A stretch of DNA of 39,027 nt from a virus (lineage: Duplodnaviria; Heunggongvirae; Uroviricota; Caudoviricetes). Made by a program: the position numbers and the translations under genes. The stretch lies in IMG/VR virus record IMGVR_UViG_2531839663_000007; one strand, written 5' to 3'. The notes under the pieces are model-generated. The model did no database searches. It had not been told where the DNA came from and saw only the letters and a program-made list of their open reading frames with translations. Each line of letters starts with the position of its first letter. Within the stretch, counting starts at the first letter, position 1. Below, one piece after another: positions 38,363 through 39,027 of this stretch.

Positions 38363-38740
38363 GTGAAACATAAACAACGTTGGGCGGGGGCAATCTGCTG
38401 TTTTGTCCTCTTCATTGTGGTGTGCCTTTTTCTGGCGACGCACATGAAAGGCGCTTTTCGGGCTGCCGGGCATCCTGAAATCGGCTTGCTATTTTTCATT
38501 CTTCCTGGAGCAGTCGCCAGCTTCTTTTCACAGCGTAGAGAAGTCCTGAAACCTCTGTTTGGCGCAATGCTGGCGGCACCCTGTTCGATGCTCATTATGC
38601 GGCTGTTTTTTTCACCGACGCGCTCATTCTGGCAAGAGCTGGCATGGTTACTAAGCGCGGTGTTCTGGTGTGCGCTGGGGGCACTGTGTTTCTTATTTAT
38701 CAGTAGTTTGTTTAAACCACAGCACAGAAAAAATCAGTAA
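38363..38740 (+). CDS. ybjM: Inner membrane protein YbjM, 125 aa
   Basis: Recognised E. coli YbjM sequence; GTG start. Confidence 0.85.
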   Translation: MKHKQRWAGAICCFVLFIVVCLFLATHMKGAFRAAGHPEIGLLFFILPGAVASFFSQRREVLKPLFGAMLAAPCSMLIMRLFFSPTRSFWQELAWLLSAVFWCALGALCFLFISSLFKPQHRKNQ

Positions 38741-38741
38741 A

Positions 38742-38762
38742 GCCCTCAACGCGAGGGCTTGT
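38742..38762. terminator. Hairpin between convergent ybjM and grxA
   Basis: Stem AGCCCTC/GAGGGCT with 5-nt loop. Confidence 0.5.
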
Positions 38763-38769
38763 CAGACGA

Positions 38770-39027
38770 TCAGGCGTCCAGATTTTCTTTCACCCATGCA
38801 GCAAAATCGGTATAGCCGCCGATATGTTGCTGATCGACAAAAATCTGCGGCACGGTTTCTACGGGTTTACCTGCCTTTTGTTGTAGATCTTCTTTAGTGA
38901 TCCCTTCCGCACGAATATCTACATACTGATACTGAAAATCATCGCGTTCATTGCTCAATTTCTCAGCCAGATCTTTTGCACGCACACAGTAAGGGCAACC
39001 CGAACGACCAAAAATAACGGTTTGCAT
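38770..39027 (-). CDS. grxA: Glutaredoxin 1, 85 aa
   Basis: CPYC active site; recognised E. coli GrxA sequence; start codon at window end. Confidence 0.9.
   Translation of the reverse strand: MQTVIFGRSGCPYCVRAKDLAEKLSNERDDFQYQYVDIRAEGITKEDLQQKAGKPVETVPQIFVDQQHIGGYTDFAAWVKENLDA

Overview
The window holds an almost complete P2/186-family temperate prophage (about 1 to 36,200) inserted beside the E. coli host genes ybjL, ybjM and grxA (36,408 to 39,027). Gene order is: integrase (-), an AT-rich cargo gene (-), CI-like repressor (-), then on the + strand Apl/Cox, CII, small ORFs, a TraR/DksA-like protein, a Dam methylase and replication protein A, a LexA box with a Tum/DinI-like pair, and a lipoprotein moron. 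The stand-out candidate for a new system is an AT-rich, translationally coupled three-gene operon (10,494 to 13,347) of unrecognised proteins sitting where P2 carries tin/old, between the replication gene and the portal gene. After it come the packaging and head genes (Q, P divergent from O, N, M, L), X, the lysis cassette, the baseplate genes, tail fibre H, a Hin/Gin-type invertible tail-fibre segment with its invertase, then FI, FII, E/E+E' (slippery TTTTTTG), T, U, D and Ogr. The second notable item is an exact 34-bp wild-type loxP site (26,025 to 26,058) inside the tail-fibre locus, next to a 355-bp direct duplication of gpH and a frameshifted fibre segment, which looks like an engineering scar. 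All calls rest on reading the sequence and recalled family knowledge; no searches were run, and motif coordinates were hand-indexed and may be off by a base or two.
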